DNA of 64,000 nt from Candidatus Multivoradales bacterium (GTDB lineage: Bacteria; Acidobacteriota; Thermoanaerobaculia; Multivoradales; JAHEKO01): assembly GCA_965248055.1 (NCBI GenBank), contig CBDFIJ010000004.1:2368001-2432000 (forward strand), given 5' to 3'. Below, in pieces: positions 26,543-36,914 of this stretch. The translations under genes were made by a program, and so were the position numbers. A model generated the notes under the pieces. The model had not been told where the DNA came from. It saw nothing but the letters and a program-made list of their open reading frames with translations, and ran no database searches. Every line of letters starts with the position of its first letter. Within the stretch, counting starts at the first letter, position 1.

Positions 26543-29500
26543 TCAGCCCCTCTCGACGCGGGTCAGCTCGCCGCCGAGGTAGGCGAGAAAAGTCGAATTC
26601 TCGCCCGCTGGTGTGCAGCCTTCCTTCGCGGGTGCCCAGACGCCCATGCCGCCGATACCCCCGGACTCGGCTTTGGTGATCTTGACCAGCGTCTCTTTGG
26701 GCACTGTATTAACGGCGTGGTTATCGATATCGAATCCGAAGACGAAGCCCATTCCGCCCACTTTCTTGTGGAACAGGCTGTCGGTTTGGTGCATCGGCAT
26801 AAGCCAGTTGCGGGTGATCGATTGGTGAGAGCCGTAACGGTAGGACGCCTGGTATCCAGTCTCTGCGGCCAGCGCCCGCCCGTCGGCGCGGCTTTCGTGC
26901 GCGCGCACAGTCCTCGGTGTGGCGATCCAGCCAGTGTGCTTGAGGATGGTGAAACCGTAGGGAAGGCCTGGGTTGTACTTAACCCGCACCATGCAGCGGT
27001 AGGCGTGGTAGGCGTCATCGCCAGGTTTCCAGCCGATGTAGGGTCGGTCAGCACTATTGGCGTCAACATACACGTAGTCACCGTTTTCCAGACCCTGGTC
27101 TCGGGCTGCCTGGGGATTCATTTGGATTTGACGATCCGAGACCCCCGGAGCGCGCTTGTCGGTGCGTAGCGGATCGCCGAAGTTGGTCGACCAAATCCAG
27201 TGCCAGTCAACTACCGACCACGATGAGTGCGTGGAATGCCGGCTCTTGGGTGTTGAACAGTAGAACTGGTAACCGCGTTGCCACAGCGGGTTGACGGTCT
27301 GCTTGGCCTGTTGCCAGGACATCATGACGTTACGCACCTGGCGCTCGCCGGCTCCCATGGCGTCGAGTGGGATGCCGTAGTCACGCGGGCGGATGTAGGG
27401 GCTGGTTGAGACGATTACGTTGGGCAGGTACGGAGTCGCCTCGACACCTTCACGGTGGACAATCAGATTCTCGCCATAATCGATGGCCTCGGGCAGGTCG
27501 CAATAGGCGGCAAGACGTCCACAGTCGGTGTAGAAGGGCACGGAATCTTGAATCTGCTCCCAGAACGGCACCCGTGGGTAAGTGCGGAACAAAAAGAGCG
27601 CCGCCCCTGGCTCGCCGCCGTAATCGCCGTTCATCAGCTTGTCGATCGAGTAGGGTCCATCTTCGCCGCGGGTGGTCGAGCAGTTGTCAAACACCCGCTG
27701 GATGTAAACCTTGGCCTTCTTCTCGCCGATGAAGCGGAAATAGTCTGAGAAGCGCACATCACCGGTTTCCTCCGCCAAAGCGTCGGCAACTGCTGCAAAG
27801 ATGGCGGCGTCATCCAAGGAATCGTAGATCGGCTCAATGCCGTCTCCGCCCCAGGCCTGGAGAAAAGGATTGGAACACGAGCCACCAACCTCCACATCCT
27901 GGAACTCTGCCCACGAGTTGGCTGGCAGCACGACATCCGAGAACTCAGCCGACCCGGTCCACTCCATTTGCTGGTCAACGATCATGTCGACTTTCGGGTT
28001 GACGTTTTGTACCAGTTCATAGACCCACTTGGCCTGGTTGATCAGGTTGGCGTTGTTGTACCAGATGAGCTTGGTTGGCGTCGGCAGGTGAGTGCGACCG
28101 GTGAACAACTTGCGGCCTTCTTGTGGGGTGTCGACGATCAGCGGCTGGTCGCCGTAGGCCCAGTAGGAAACCTCCTCTCCTTTAGTGGTGTTGCGCAGGT
28201 TCTCCTTGGTGATGCGAGCGTTCTCGTCGAGCACTGGATTGAACGGATCCTCGTGGGTGTAGGTCCCAGCTCCTGGCCCACTCCACGGCGAGGCCTGGAA
28301 CAGGGCCCCTTTGTAGTTCCCTGCCCAGGTGTAGGCTCCAGCACCGTTCTTGCCGATGTTGCCAGTCAACATCATCAGCAAGAAAGCCGCTCGATTGTGC
28401 AGCGTGGCGTGAAAGTAGTGGTTGATGCCTTCGCCGAAATGAATTGCTGCAGGCTTAAGCGTCGCCAGGTCCTCAGCCAACTGGCGGACCTTGGCTGCTG
28501 GGGCTCCAGATATCTCCTCGACCGTTTGCAGGTCGTAGTCGCGCAAATGAACCCGGTACATCTCCATCACCGGCATCACCTCGACGGTCTTGCCGTCGAT
28601 CGTCTTGACCTCGAACCGACCGTCAAGTGCCGGGTCGACACCGGTCTTATCGCCAAGTTGCTCGCGGCTGAGGGAGGCAAAGTCACCGATGTGGTCGTCA
28701 AAGACGACAAAATCACCGATCCTCTGGCGCTGTTCCAAAGTCAGTCCGTGGTCCTGGTGGGAAACCGAGAGTTCCTTGAGCTGGTAGTCAGGGAAAATCT
28801 CTTCGGGGCGGAGTCGCTCAAGGGTGTCGGTTCGCACCAGCAAAGGTAGATCGGTGAACCGTTTGACAAAATCGTGGTCGAAGAGGTCTTCGTCGATGAG
28901 AATCTTGGCGACCCCCAGGAGAACTGCTAGGTCACTCAGCCCAGGGCGTACACTCAACCACTCGTCGGCTTTGGTGCCGGGTGCGTTGTACTCTGGGGCG
29001 ATCGACCAGATCTTCATCCCCCGTTCCATGCCCTCGATGAACCAATGAGCCTCGGGCATCTTGTTCTCGACCAAGTTTTTGCCGATTTGAATGTGCAGTC
29101 GCGAGTTGCGCAAATCGTTGAGGTCCATGTCCGAGGTTTGCAGGCCGGTTACGAAAGGAGTTCCTGGAGCCTGATCGCCACGCCAGGTGTATTCGCTCCA
29201 ATCGCGAGCACCCTTAGCCTCATCGGGACCAACCCCTCGCACGTGATGGTCAATAAGCCCGGTCAGATTGGCGAAGCGAAAGATCCCAAATTTTCCGACC
29301 AAACCGTGGAGTGGCAAACAGGATCCGATCTTCATCGTCCGGGTTCCAGCACCCTCCCAGTGGGTCAGTGTTTCCTCGACGTAGCCGTCAGCCTCTAGCC
29401 GTCGTTTGCCAGCATCGCCACTGTAGGTATCCGCGATCGCCAGCATCGCACGTGCGACGTATCGGCTGGCGTCCTGCCAGGGAACCGAGACAAATGTGTC

Positions 29501-30034
29501 GTTGCCCCGGTCGTCGAAACCAAAGCGGGTGCGCAGTGAGGGGTCGTCGCTGAGGCTGGGAAAGCCGGCGTCGGCCCACTCCTTCCAGCCGCGCCGCAGT
29601 ACTGGGCCCTTGAGTCGGTAAGGACCGTAGATGCGACGGTGGAAGGTGTAGCCCTTGGGGCAACCGCGTGGGTTCCAGTGCACGGTGGAGCGATTGCCGT
29701 AAAGGTCGCCGTACTTGTCGACGTCATAGTTTTGCTCGGTGCGAACGATGACCCCGTTGCGTACGAATGCGCGCAGCCGGCACATATGGGTGTCATTGGG
29801 AGCGCAAATCCAGGTGAAGGAACGATCGACCCGGTATTGATCACGATAGACAGACTCCCAGTCACGGTCAGGGTAGCCGGCCAGTGGGTTGTCTATGGAC
29901 ACGGTACTGGCGAGTCCACCGCCGCCTTCAAACAGGCCACAGCCCAACTGCACACCGACCGCTCCAGCTCCTGCAAGGGCAGCGAGAAAGGTCCGTCGGT
30001 TTAGTCCTGATTGATCGTTGTGCTTGGAGTCCAT
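26543..30034 (-). CDS. nxrA: Type II DMSO-reductase-family alpha subunit, periplasmic NxrA-like (nitrite oxidoreductase/nitrate reductase)
   Basis: Tat signal NRRTFLAA; FS0 motif CAPNDTHMC (C-x3-D-x3-C)...NPRGC; YTWRGDQ Asp-ligand region; GKNLVENKMPEAHW; TPKSRHSTHS; matches Nitrospira/anammox-type NxrA architecture. Confidence 0.85.
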   Translation of the reverse strand: MDSKHNDQSGLNRRTFLAALAGAGAVGVQLGCGLFEGGGGLASTVSIDNPLAGYPDRDWESVYRDQYRVDRSFTWICAPNDTHMCRLRAFVRNGVIVRTEQNYDVDKYGDLYGNRSTVHWNPRGCPKGYTFHRRIYGPYRLKGPVLRRGWKEWADAGFPSLSDDPSLRTRFGFDDRGNDTFVSVPWQDASRYVARAMLAIADTYSGDAGKRRLEADGYVEETLTHWEGAGTRTMKIGSCLPLHGLVGKFGIFRFANLTGLIDHHVRGVGPDEAKGARDWSEYTWRGDQAPGTPFVTGLQTSDMDLNDLRNSRLHIQIGKNLVENKMPEAHWFIEGMERGMKIWSIAPEYNAPGTKADEWLSVRPGLSDLAVLLGVAKILIDEDLFDHDFVKRFTDLPLLVRTDTLERLRPEEIFPDYQLKELSVSHQDHGLTLEQRQRIGDFVVFDDHIGDFASLSREQLGDKTGVDPALDGRFEVKTIDGKTVEVMPVMEMYRVHLRDYDLQTVEEISGAPAAKVRQLAEDLATLKPAAIHFGEGINHYFHATLHNRAAFLLMMLTGNIGKNGAGAYTWAGNYKGALFQASPWSGPGAGTYTHEDPFNPVLDENARITKENLRNTTKGEEVSYWAYGDQPLIVDTPQEGRKLFTGRTHLPTPTKLIWYNNANLINQAKWVYELVQNVNPKVDMIVDQQMEWTGSAEFSDVVLPANSWAEFQDVEVGGSCSNPFLQAWGGDGIEPIYDSLDDAAIFAAVADALAEETGDVRFSDYFRFIGEKKAKVYIQRVFDNCSTTRGEDGPYSIDKLMNGDYGGEPGAALFLFRTYPRVPFWEQIQDSVPFYTDCGRLAAYCDLPEAIDYGENLIVHREGVEATPYLPNVIVSTSPYIRPRDYGIPLDAMGAGERQVRNVMMSWQQAKQTVNPLWQRGYQFYCSTPKSRHSTHSSWSVVDWHWIWSTNFGDPLRTDKRAPGVSDRQIQMNPQAARDQGLENGDYVYVDANSADRPYIGWKPGDDAYHAYRCMVRVKYNPGLPYGFTILKHTGWIATPRTVRAHESRADGRALAAETGYQASYRYGSHQSITRNWLMPMHQTDSLFHKKVGGMGFVFGFDIDNHAVNTVPKETLVKITKAESGGIGGMGVWAPAKEGCTPAGENSTFLAYLGGELTRVERG

Positions 30035-30037
30035 TGT

Positions 30038-31705
30038 TTACTCCTTGGGAGTTTCTTGCGCCGAGAGAGGGGGCGGTGAGTCATCAAGGGCCTCTAGACG
30101 CTGCCACTGAGACACCAGCTTGGTGCCATTGCGATCGCCCGCGGACCCATTCCAAATCGCCACTGCCATGGGGACTGGGCCAGCGGCAAAGTCGACTTCG
30201 AATGCGCTGTTGCTGGGACCCATTGGCGCGACGAAAAGCACTCGATAGGTGCCGTCTTGCCAACCGCCACCACCTGAACTAGTCATCACGTCAGCCGAGC
30301 GGGCGGTCAAGGTTCCGAAGCCTGCGGCGGCCAAGGCGTGGACCGGGCGTTTCGACAGTTCAGGGTCGGCCGTCGGATTGCCTAGGTCGCGAGCCGGGGC
30401 GAACGGCGCATGATCGTCGCCAGGTAGATCACCCGATTCATAGGGCTCTGCGCCAGGCGCGGCATCGCTGGCGTGCTGATAACGGTCAACGGTTATGCGC
30501 GGATATGCCGCTGCAAGCGTCTTTGGGGCGCCATCGTCGCCGGCGACCTGGCGGTCGGCGCGCCAGTACCAGATCTCGACTTCGCCGCCGGAACCGGCTT
30601 GCCCCATGCCGATGAAGGGAGGTGGATCGGTGAGTGCAAATTGCACCGCGACGCCGTCGGCGAAGTCCTCGGTTCGAAGCGTCGACTCGTCACGGCTAGC
30701 GTCTTGCCACTCCAACAGTAGGGCGAGCTCATCGCCGACGCGTGCGGCTCGGAGGTTGACGAACGGGGGGTAGTCATTGCGGTACCAAAGTGGTTGCAAA
30801 GCAACTCGGTGCGGAGCGATGGTGTCCCAAACAGGCGACCAGGGGTCCTCAGTACCATGGTTTCCGGTGACAGCGGTTACGGGCACAGGGCCAGGGTCGC
30901 TTTGTGCCGTTTGAGCCCGACCGCCGGGCGCCAAGGACAGAATGTAATAGACCAAACCCCATACTTGATCGTCACTGCCAAATGCTCCAGCGAAGGAAGG
31001 CATCGGCGTACCCTCCATGCCGGTAAGAAAGGTGCTGTAAAGAGCTTCAGGGCTGCCGCCGCTCTTGTAGATACCATAGGTGAAATCCGCTGCTGGGAAC
31101 GGGTCACCTTCGCTGTCTTTCAGAGTCGCCGCTGACGGGCCATCTCCACGCCCGTCCGGGCCGTGGCATTGACCACAACGAAAGTCCACGTAGACCTGCT
31201 CGCCGATCGCAACCAACTCTGGTGTTGGTGATGGCGGCGCGGGGATCTGCAACAGTTGGTCGGTAGCCAACGGAACCTGCTCGCCGAATCGCGGGCTGAA
31301 GGACTTGACGTGGTCAACCAACTCAGCGATCTGGTCTTCGTTGAGCAACTCGCCGAAGCTCAACATCGAAGATCCGGGGATACCTTGTTGGATGGTGCGG
31401 GCTAGGTCGGCGTCGGTAGGAAGTATGCCGGGTGGAGTGGAGCGCAACTTGAATTGAGCACGCTGGAAGTTTCGTGGCTTGGGGAACAACAGATAGGCGG
31501 CAGGGCCGTGCCCGTCGCCATCGGGTCCATGGCACGAAGTGCAATTGGCGTGATACAGCGTTTGGCCATCGGTCAGTCCTCCAGCTTGGGATTGGTTGCC
31601 TTGACGGCAGCCGGCGACCACCATCAAGACCGCTGCAGCCACTGTTGCGATGAAGACAACCCGATACAGCTCCCCAGAACGCAAGCGGAAAGATGGATGG
31701 ATCAT
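30038..31705 (-). CDS. Diheme cytochrome c fused to an ethylbenzene-dehydrogenase-type heme-b (DOMON-like) domain; gamma-like subunit
   Basis: CTSCH and CGQCH heme motifs with distal Met (GSSM, GTPM); C-terminal LLEWQD...FADGVAVQF...IGMG...IWYWRA...AIWNGSAGDRNGTK; N-terminal signal with possible lipobox VAGC. Confidence 0.82.
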   Translation of the reverse strand: MIHPSFRLRSGELYRVVFIATVAAAVLMVVAGCRQGNQSQAGGLTDGQTLYHANCTSCHGPDGDGHGPAAYLLFPKPRNFQRAQFKLRSTPPGILPTDADLARTIQQGIPGSSMLSFGELLNEDQIAELVDHVKSFSPRFGEQVPLATDQLLQIPAPPSPTPELVAIGEQVYVDFRCGQCHGPDGRGDGPSAATLKDSEGDPFPAADFTYGIYKSGGSPEALYSTFLTGMEGTPMPSFAGAFGSDDQVWGLVYYILSLAPGGRAQTAQSDPGPVPVTAVTGNHGTEDPWSPVWDTIAPHRVALQPLWYRNDYPPFVNLRAARVGDELALLLEWQDASRDESTLRTEDFADGVAVQFALTDPPPFIGMGQAGSGGEVEIWYWRADRQVAGDDGAPKTLAAAYPRITVDRYQHASDAAPGAEPYESGDLPGDDHAPFAPARDLGNPTADPELSKRPVHALAAAGFGTLTARSADVMTSSGGGGWQDGTYRVLFVAPMGPSNSAFEVDFAAGPVPMAVAIWNGSAGDRNGTKLVSQWQRLEALDDSPPPLSAQETPKE

Positions 31706-31774
31706 CGGTGCTGACTCCTCGCGGTCATTGGATCGTCGCGGTTCGATTATGGATATTCACCTCTGATTAGCGTA

Positions 31775-31801
31775 TTTATACTCCTCAGCCTCTGGTGTCA
31801 A
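31775..31801 (-). promoter_or_regulatory. Possible sigma70 promoter of the NXR-like operon
   Basis: Minus strand TTGACA-N15-TATAAA; the spacer is shorter than optimal. Confidence 0.3.
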
Positions 31802-32109
31802 GTCGTTGCTGGCGGTACTCGCCTAACAAGAGACCGTTGCCACTGGCTGAAAGCGTCACAAGAAACCCCGAACTCCCACCAAGCTCGACTTCGCCCAGCG
31901 CAGCTAGATAGGCCGAGAGCCTTGGTCTGGGCACCATCTTTCGCGCGTCGACCTTGTGCTCCGATTTGGCCCAATGGCCTTTGCCTTAGCTATTCTCGCG
32001 AGTGGGTCTGTGTCAGCAGGGAGGGATCGGGGGCAGCGGACAAAGGGCAAGAGTCAACGGCAATCCTTAGCCATACGTGATCGCGAGTGAAGTAGCCTTC
32101 GGGGAACCG

Positions 32110-33138
32110 ATGAAGACCATCTACTCCCATCTGCACACTAGCCACCGCGGCAATCTGGAACTCAGCGGTGGCGAGCTGATTACTTGTTTCGAGGTTCCGA
32201 AACGCGCCGAAATCATCTTGAAGGCGGTCACCGAAGGTGGCCTTGGCCCGGTCCTGGATCCAACCCTGCAGTCGCTCGAAACCGCCCGCAGCGTTCACAG
32301 CGCCGACTACGTGGATGCGTTGTCGAGAATCTGGCCTCTGTGGCAGGCGGAAGGACGCCAAGGCACCGCGATCCCAGCGGTGTTTCCAGTGGGCTCCGCC
32401 AATCAGGTAGCACCGCAGACCGCAGGTGGGCTGCTGGGCTTCTACAGCTTTGACGCTGGAGCAACGCTTGTCGAAGGCACTTGGCAGGCGATCAAAGCTA
32501 GCCAGGATGTTGCTCTCACAGCGGCAGACCTGATCGCCATCGGAGAGCGGGTCGCATTTGCCCTGTGTCGACCGCCCGGCCATCACGCAGGTGCGGCGAC
32601 CATGGGCGGTTATTGCTATCTCAACAACGCCGCCATCGCCGCCCAGCGATTGCTCGAGAAGGGAGCCGAGCGGATCACCATCCTCGACATCGACTACCAC
32701 CACGGCAACGGCACCCAAGAGATCTTCTACGACCGTGGAGACATTCAGGTCATAAGCATTCACGCCGACCCACGATTTGCCTACCCATATTTCTACGGGC
32801 ACGCCGACGAGCGAGGTCGTGGCGCTGGGCAAGGTACGAACTTGAACTTACCCTTGCCGTTGGGAACCGACTTCCCAGCTTGGGGTGCAGCCCTCGAGGC
32901 GGCTAGTACGACGATCGGTGAGTTTGACCCTGCTGCTCTGGTCGTCTCCCTCGGCGTGGATACCTTCGAGGGCGACCCGATCAGCCAGTTCCGTCTCCAA
33001 ACGGAGAGCTACCCAGGAATCGGTGTGCGAATCCGACAACTCGACCTACCGACGCTGTTCGTCATGGAAGGCGGGTACGCGGTGGAGGAGATCGGCGCCA
33101 ATGTCACCGGGGTTTTGTCTGGTTTTGAGGGTGCGTAG
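32110..33138 (+). CDS. Histone-deacetylase-family amidohydrolase (acetylpolyamine amidohydrolase-like)
   Basis: RPPGHHA, GGYCYLNN, DIDYHHGNGTQ, SLGVD, EGGY. Confidence 0.9.
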   Translation: MKTIYSHLHTSHRGNLELSGGELITCFEVPKRAEIILKAVTEGGLGPVLDPTLQSLETARSVHSADYVDALSRIWPLWQAEGRQGTAIPAVFPVGSANQVAPQTAGGLLGFYSFDAGATLVEGTWQAIKASQDVALTAADLIAIGERVAFALCRPPGHHAGAATMGGYCYLNNAAIAAQRLLEKGAERITILDIDYHHGNGTQEIFYDRGDIQVISIHADPRFAYPYFYGHADERGRGAGQGTNLNLPLPLGTDFPAWGAALEAASTTIGEFDPAALVVSLGVDTFEGDPISQFRLQTESYPGIGVRIRQLDLPTLFVMEGGYAVEEIGANVTGVLSGFEGA

Positions 33139-33171
33139 CTTCGTTCTGGGTCGAGTAGGATCCTCATCTAA

Positions 33172-35553
33172 ATGCGCTCTCTGACCCGAATGACACTGGT
33201 CCTGGCCTTTGCCTGCATCACGTTGTCCTGTGGCGGGGGCGGCCCCAAGGTTGAAAAACATGGCACCAAGGCAGTCTTGATCGGCATCGACTCAGGCGAC
33301 TGGAAAATGATCGATGAGATTGCCGCAGATGGCGGCATGCCGAATCTAATGCTGCTGCGTGAGCAGGGCACTTGGGGGCCGTTGGAGACGCTCAACGATA
33401 TCCCTCTGTCCCCGGTGATTTGGACCAGTATCGCAACCGGTAAGACCGCCGCCAAGCATGGTATTTCGTGGTTCATGGTGGATCGAGTGGATGGCACCCG
33501 GGTGCCGGTGAGGAGCCACAACCGCAGAGTCAAAGCGATTTGGAACATGCTGGCGGAGGGCAAGCGCAAGCCCAACATGCTGGGATGGTGGGCGACCTTT
33601 CCGGCTGAAGATGTGGGCAAGGGCGTCCTGGTTTCCGACGGACTCGGTTTTCACGGCTTTGGCTCCACCGCGCGCGGTAGTACCGATGCCGAGAAGGTCT
33701 ACCCGGCTTCCAGGTTCGACGATTTTGACGCCCTAGTTCCGCCGTTGCAGCAAATCCCCTATTCGTTCACCTCCCGCTTCGTGAATCTGACCGAGGACGA
33801 ATACCAGGCGGAGATGTTCAGTCCGGGACGTTTTCCCGATCCCAATCCCTTCAACCCGATTCATCTGTTCCAGCAGTACGCCGCCACCGCCCGGGGATAC
33901 ACGGCGATCGCCGAGCAGCTCCTAGAAGAGAACGATTTCGACTTGTTTGGCGTCTACTATGAGCAGGTCGATAGCTTTTCGCATTTATTCATGAAGTACG
34001 ACCCGCCCAAGCTCGAGTGGGTCGAAGAGGCGTCATACCAACGCTACAAAGACGTGGTGCGCGAGTGGTATCGCTACCAGGACGAATTGCTGGGGCGCCT
34101 GCTGGAGAAGATCGACCTGGAAACTACCGCGGTATTTATCGTTTCGGACCACGGTTTCAAGAGCGGCGACCGGCGCATTCGTAGCGAAGAAACTGTGGAT
34201 GTGAAACGGGCTCACTTGGACCACGAAACTCAGGGCATCTACTTGGCGGTGGGGCCGCACATTCGTCAAGGGGACCGCGTCGCCGGAGCTTCGGTGATGG
34301 ACGTGACCCCCACCTTGCTCCACTACTTGGGCTTCCCGGTGGCCAAAGATATGGATGGCAAAGTCCTGGAAGGGTCGTTTGCTCCCGAGTTCATGGGCGA
34401 GCACCCGATTCGCTACATTGTGAGTTACGAAGACCAAATGGAACAGAAAGCCGAGGTCAAAGAGGACTATGACGCTGAGGCATCGGCGTCCAACGAGCGA
34501 GCCCTCAGGGCGCTGGGTTATTTGGGTGGTGATACCGAGTCTGAGGTCGGCGTGGCTGTGGATGGCGAAGAGTCATCTCCCGAGATCCACAACAACATGG
34601 GCCGCATTCACCTGCGCAACGGCGATGTTCCGAAGGCGCGATCCGAGTTTCGCAAGGCCTTGGTACTCGATGAGCGCAACGCTGATGCGCTGTTGAATTT
34701 GGCTGGCATTGAGCGTGGCGAGGGTCGACTGGCGGACGCAGAGGTCTTGGTCAAGCGGGCCTTGCAGGTCGACCCCAATTCGATCGGGGCGCTGGCTCAG
34801 CTCGCCGAGATCGCTCGTGATCAGGGTGACCTGCCGGAAGCGGTACGCCTGTTTCAAGAGGCCTTGGCGATCGACGACTCGCAGCCTTTCTTGCACCAGG
34901 GTTACGGCGACGTACTGCAGCGCGTCGGGCGTTTTGCCGAAGCCGAAGAGGCCTTCAAGTTGGTGCTGCAACTCGACCCAGATTCCTTCAAGGCGCACTA
35001 CAACCTCGGTGTCACCTATGGCAATCAGGGCAAGATGGAACTAGCGGTGACCGAGTATGAGAAGGCGCTGGAGATGTCTCCTCAGCATCCCGAAGCGTCT
35101 CTGGTGCACAATAACCTGGGGGCCATCGCCTTAGATCGTGGTGATCTCGACGGTGCCCAAGCGCACTTTGAAAAAGCGGTTGGCCAGGCGCCACACAACC
35201 TGGAATCGCGCTACAACCTGGCGCTGATCTACATGGACAAACGTGAGGTCGAGAAAGCCATTGAGATGCTCGAAGGAGCCGCCCTGGTCGACCCAAACCA
35301 CGAACTGGTTAATGTCCGCTTGGGGTTAGCCTACCTGGAAGTTAATCGCGGCGAAGACGCTTTCCGTACGTTTACCCTGGTCAAACGCCTCTATCCCAAC
35401 AACTGGATGGCCCCGATCGGCCTTGCCGTTCTCCACGCCGCCAATGGCCGCCCGGATCAGGCCAGAGAACTGCTCGCCGGAGCGATCAAACAGGGCGGAT
35501 CTCAGGCGTTGCAAACTGCGCGCGGGTATCCGGTGTTAGCGGATTTGTTGTAG
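33172..35553 (+). CDS. Alkaline-phosphatase-superfamily (NPP-type) lipoprotein with C-terminal TPR array
   Basis: Lipobox TLSC; IGIDSGDW, SPVIWTSIATG, VSDHGF, LRALGY; many TPRs. Confidence 0.82.
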   Translation: MRSLTRMTLVLAFACITLSCGGGGPKVEKHGTKAVLIGIDSGDWKMIDEIAADGGMPNLMLLREQGTWGPLETLNDIPLSPVIWTSIATGKTAAKHGISWFMVDRVDGTRVPVRSHNRRVKAIWNMLAEGKRKPNMLGWWATFPAEDVGKGVLVSDGLGFHGFGSTARGSTDAEKVYPASRFDDFDALVPPLQQIPYSFTSRFVNLTEDEYQAEMFSPGRFPDPNPFNPIHLFQQYAATARGYTAIAEQLLEENDFDLFGVYYEQVDSFSHLFMKYDPPKLEWVEEASYQRYKDVVREWYRYQDELLGRLLEKIDLETTAVFIVSDHGFKSGDRRIRSEETVDVKRAHLDHETQGIYLAVGPHIRQGDRVAGASVMDVTPTLLHYLGFPVAKDMDGKVLEGSFAPEFMGEHPIRYIVSYEDQMEQKAEVKEDYDAEASASNERALRALGYLGGDTESEVGVAVDGEESSPEIHNNMGRIHLRNGDVPKARSEFRKALVLDERNADALLNLAGIERGEGRLADAEVLVKRALQVDPNSIGALAQLAEIARDQGDLPEAVRLFQEALAIDDSQPFLHQGYGDVLQRVGRFAEAEEAFKLVLQLDPDSFKAHYNLGVTYGNQGKMELAVTEYEKALEMSPQHPEASLVHNNLGAIALDRGDLDGAQAHFEKAVGQAPHNLESRYNLALIYMDKREVEKAIEMLEGAALVDPNHELVNVRLGLAYLEVNRGEDAFRTFTLVKRLYPNNWMAPIGLAVLHAANGRPDQARELLAGAIKQGGSQALQTARGYPVLADLL

Positions 35554-35731
35554 CACTCTAGACTTCTAGCTATCTGGCCGGGGCTGGCGGCCGAAAAAAT
35601 TTAATCCGGTGTCTCTGCGGGTTGCTTTTCCGCTTCTGGTAGGGGCCTATTCCCGACCGCCAATCCGCGCTTTTTGGCTAACCTCTCCTACCGTTTGCGT
35701 AGCTGGGCGAGTTGGTTGTCTTGGCGTCCGG

Positions 35732-36385
35732 TCAATCCCTAGGGTCGACATCGACACGTAATTGCTGGATATCCAGTGACTTTGCCGGCGGCACCAACAA
35801 TTGACCGACTCGGGTGAGGAAGTAATCCTGGACCCGCTGCCAGTCCGACTCGCCCTCTCCGGGAAGCGCGGCTTCTCGGTCGGCGTCTGCGAAGTAGGTA
35901 AGAGCACGCAGCAGCAGGGAATCATCTACCTGACCGTAGACCGCTCGCAAGGATCGCAGACACTCGGCGATGCCAAGCTGCTGGTCTTGGAGCACGACGT
36001 AGAGGTCAAAAAAGTCCCTACGGGTACCCCGATCGAGGATTGCGTGCATCTTGGTTGCGAGAATCCCGGTGACGCTCAAGCGCCGTTCCTCGGTGAAGGG
36101 AGCAAGCTCTTTGAGCAAGAAGATGGAAACTGGAATCGCGTTCCACAACAGGTGAACTGTGTCAGCGCCGCGCTCCTGAATCTCAACTGTGCCGGCGTTG
36201 CTGAAGGTGGAGACCAGTTCGTCGATCGATTGTGCCTCGGAGACACCAAAATCGACGTCACGCGTCGGTCGGTAGGGACACAAGCAGCGTACTGCCTGAC
36301 CACCGATTACGAACCAGAAAGGAAGGTCCTTGACGATCGCGCGAAGCGGTGCGGGGATCACTTCCTCCGGTCGGTAGGGGCTCAT
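35732..36385 (-). CDS. AbiEii-like nucleotidyltransferase toxin
   Basis: VIGGQA...RPTRDVDF, ATKMHAILDRGTRRDFFDLY, ALTYF.DA. Confidence 0.8.
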   Translation of the reverse strand: MSPYRPEEVIPAPLRAIVKDLPFWFVIGGQAVRCLCPYRPTRDVDFGVSEAQSIDELVSTFSNAGTVEIQERGADTVHLLWNAIPVSIFLLKELAPFTEERRLSVTGILATKMHAILDRGTRRDFFDLYVVLQDQQLGIAECLRSLRAVYGQVDDSLLLRALTYFADADREAALPGEGESDWQRVQDYFLTRVGQLLVPPAKSLDIQQLRVDVDPRD

Positions 36386-36891
36386 CGGATACCTCTCGTG
36401 CGCAGGATCGCCTCAAGCAGCCCTTGGCTACGAGGTCGCCAACCTGGAAGGCTCGCGGCTTGGCATAGCGTTAGCCAGGGAAGCCCCGCGGCGAAACAGA
36501 CCGCTTTGAGGTCGCCGTAGTTGAGGCAATAGAAAGCTAGCTGGTGTCCAGGCACGGCGCTGTCTTCGGTCAAGTTGTGCAGAGCACTTCGTACCGTAGT
36601 TGGCAGCTCGTTCACTGAATAGCTACGTGTTGGTGCCCGTTGCATGTGCTTATAAATCGTCGCTCGGGCGGGAGTCTTCCTTCCACGAGCGCGGCAGAAA
36701 TCATCGAGGGCGCGCAGGATCGTGTTGACCCTAGGACGTTCCTGCCCCTGCAGCAGGCGATCCAGTTCTGTGGACACCTCCACCGGTAGCCGGGAACGTC
36801 CACGATCGCTACGCACACGCTGCCCCGTTCGGTGACCCCGGAGTCGACTCTCACCACGGCGTACAGATTCTTCAAAATTAAATAAAGTCAT
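36382..36891 (-). CDS. Putative antitoxin/regulator coupled to the AbiEii-like gene
   Basis: ATGA overlap with the toxin gene; basic, HTH-like PARATIYKHM segment. Confidence 0.6.
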   Translation of the reverse strand: MTLFNFEESVRRGESRLRGHRTGQRVRSDRGRSRLPVEVSTELDRLLQGQERPRVNTILRALDDFCRARGRKTPARATIYKHMQRAPTRSYSVNELPTTVRSALHNLTEDSAVPGHQLAFYCLNYGDLKAVCFAAGLPWLTLCQAASLPGWRPRSQGLLEAILRTRGIR

Positions 36892-36914
36892 TTAGAAGAA
36901 TAATAGCAGACAAT

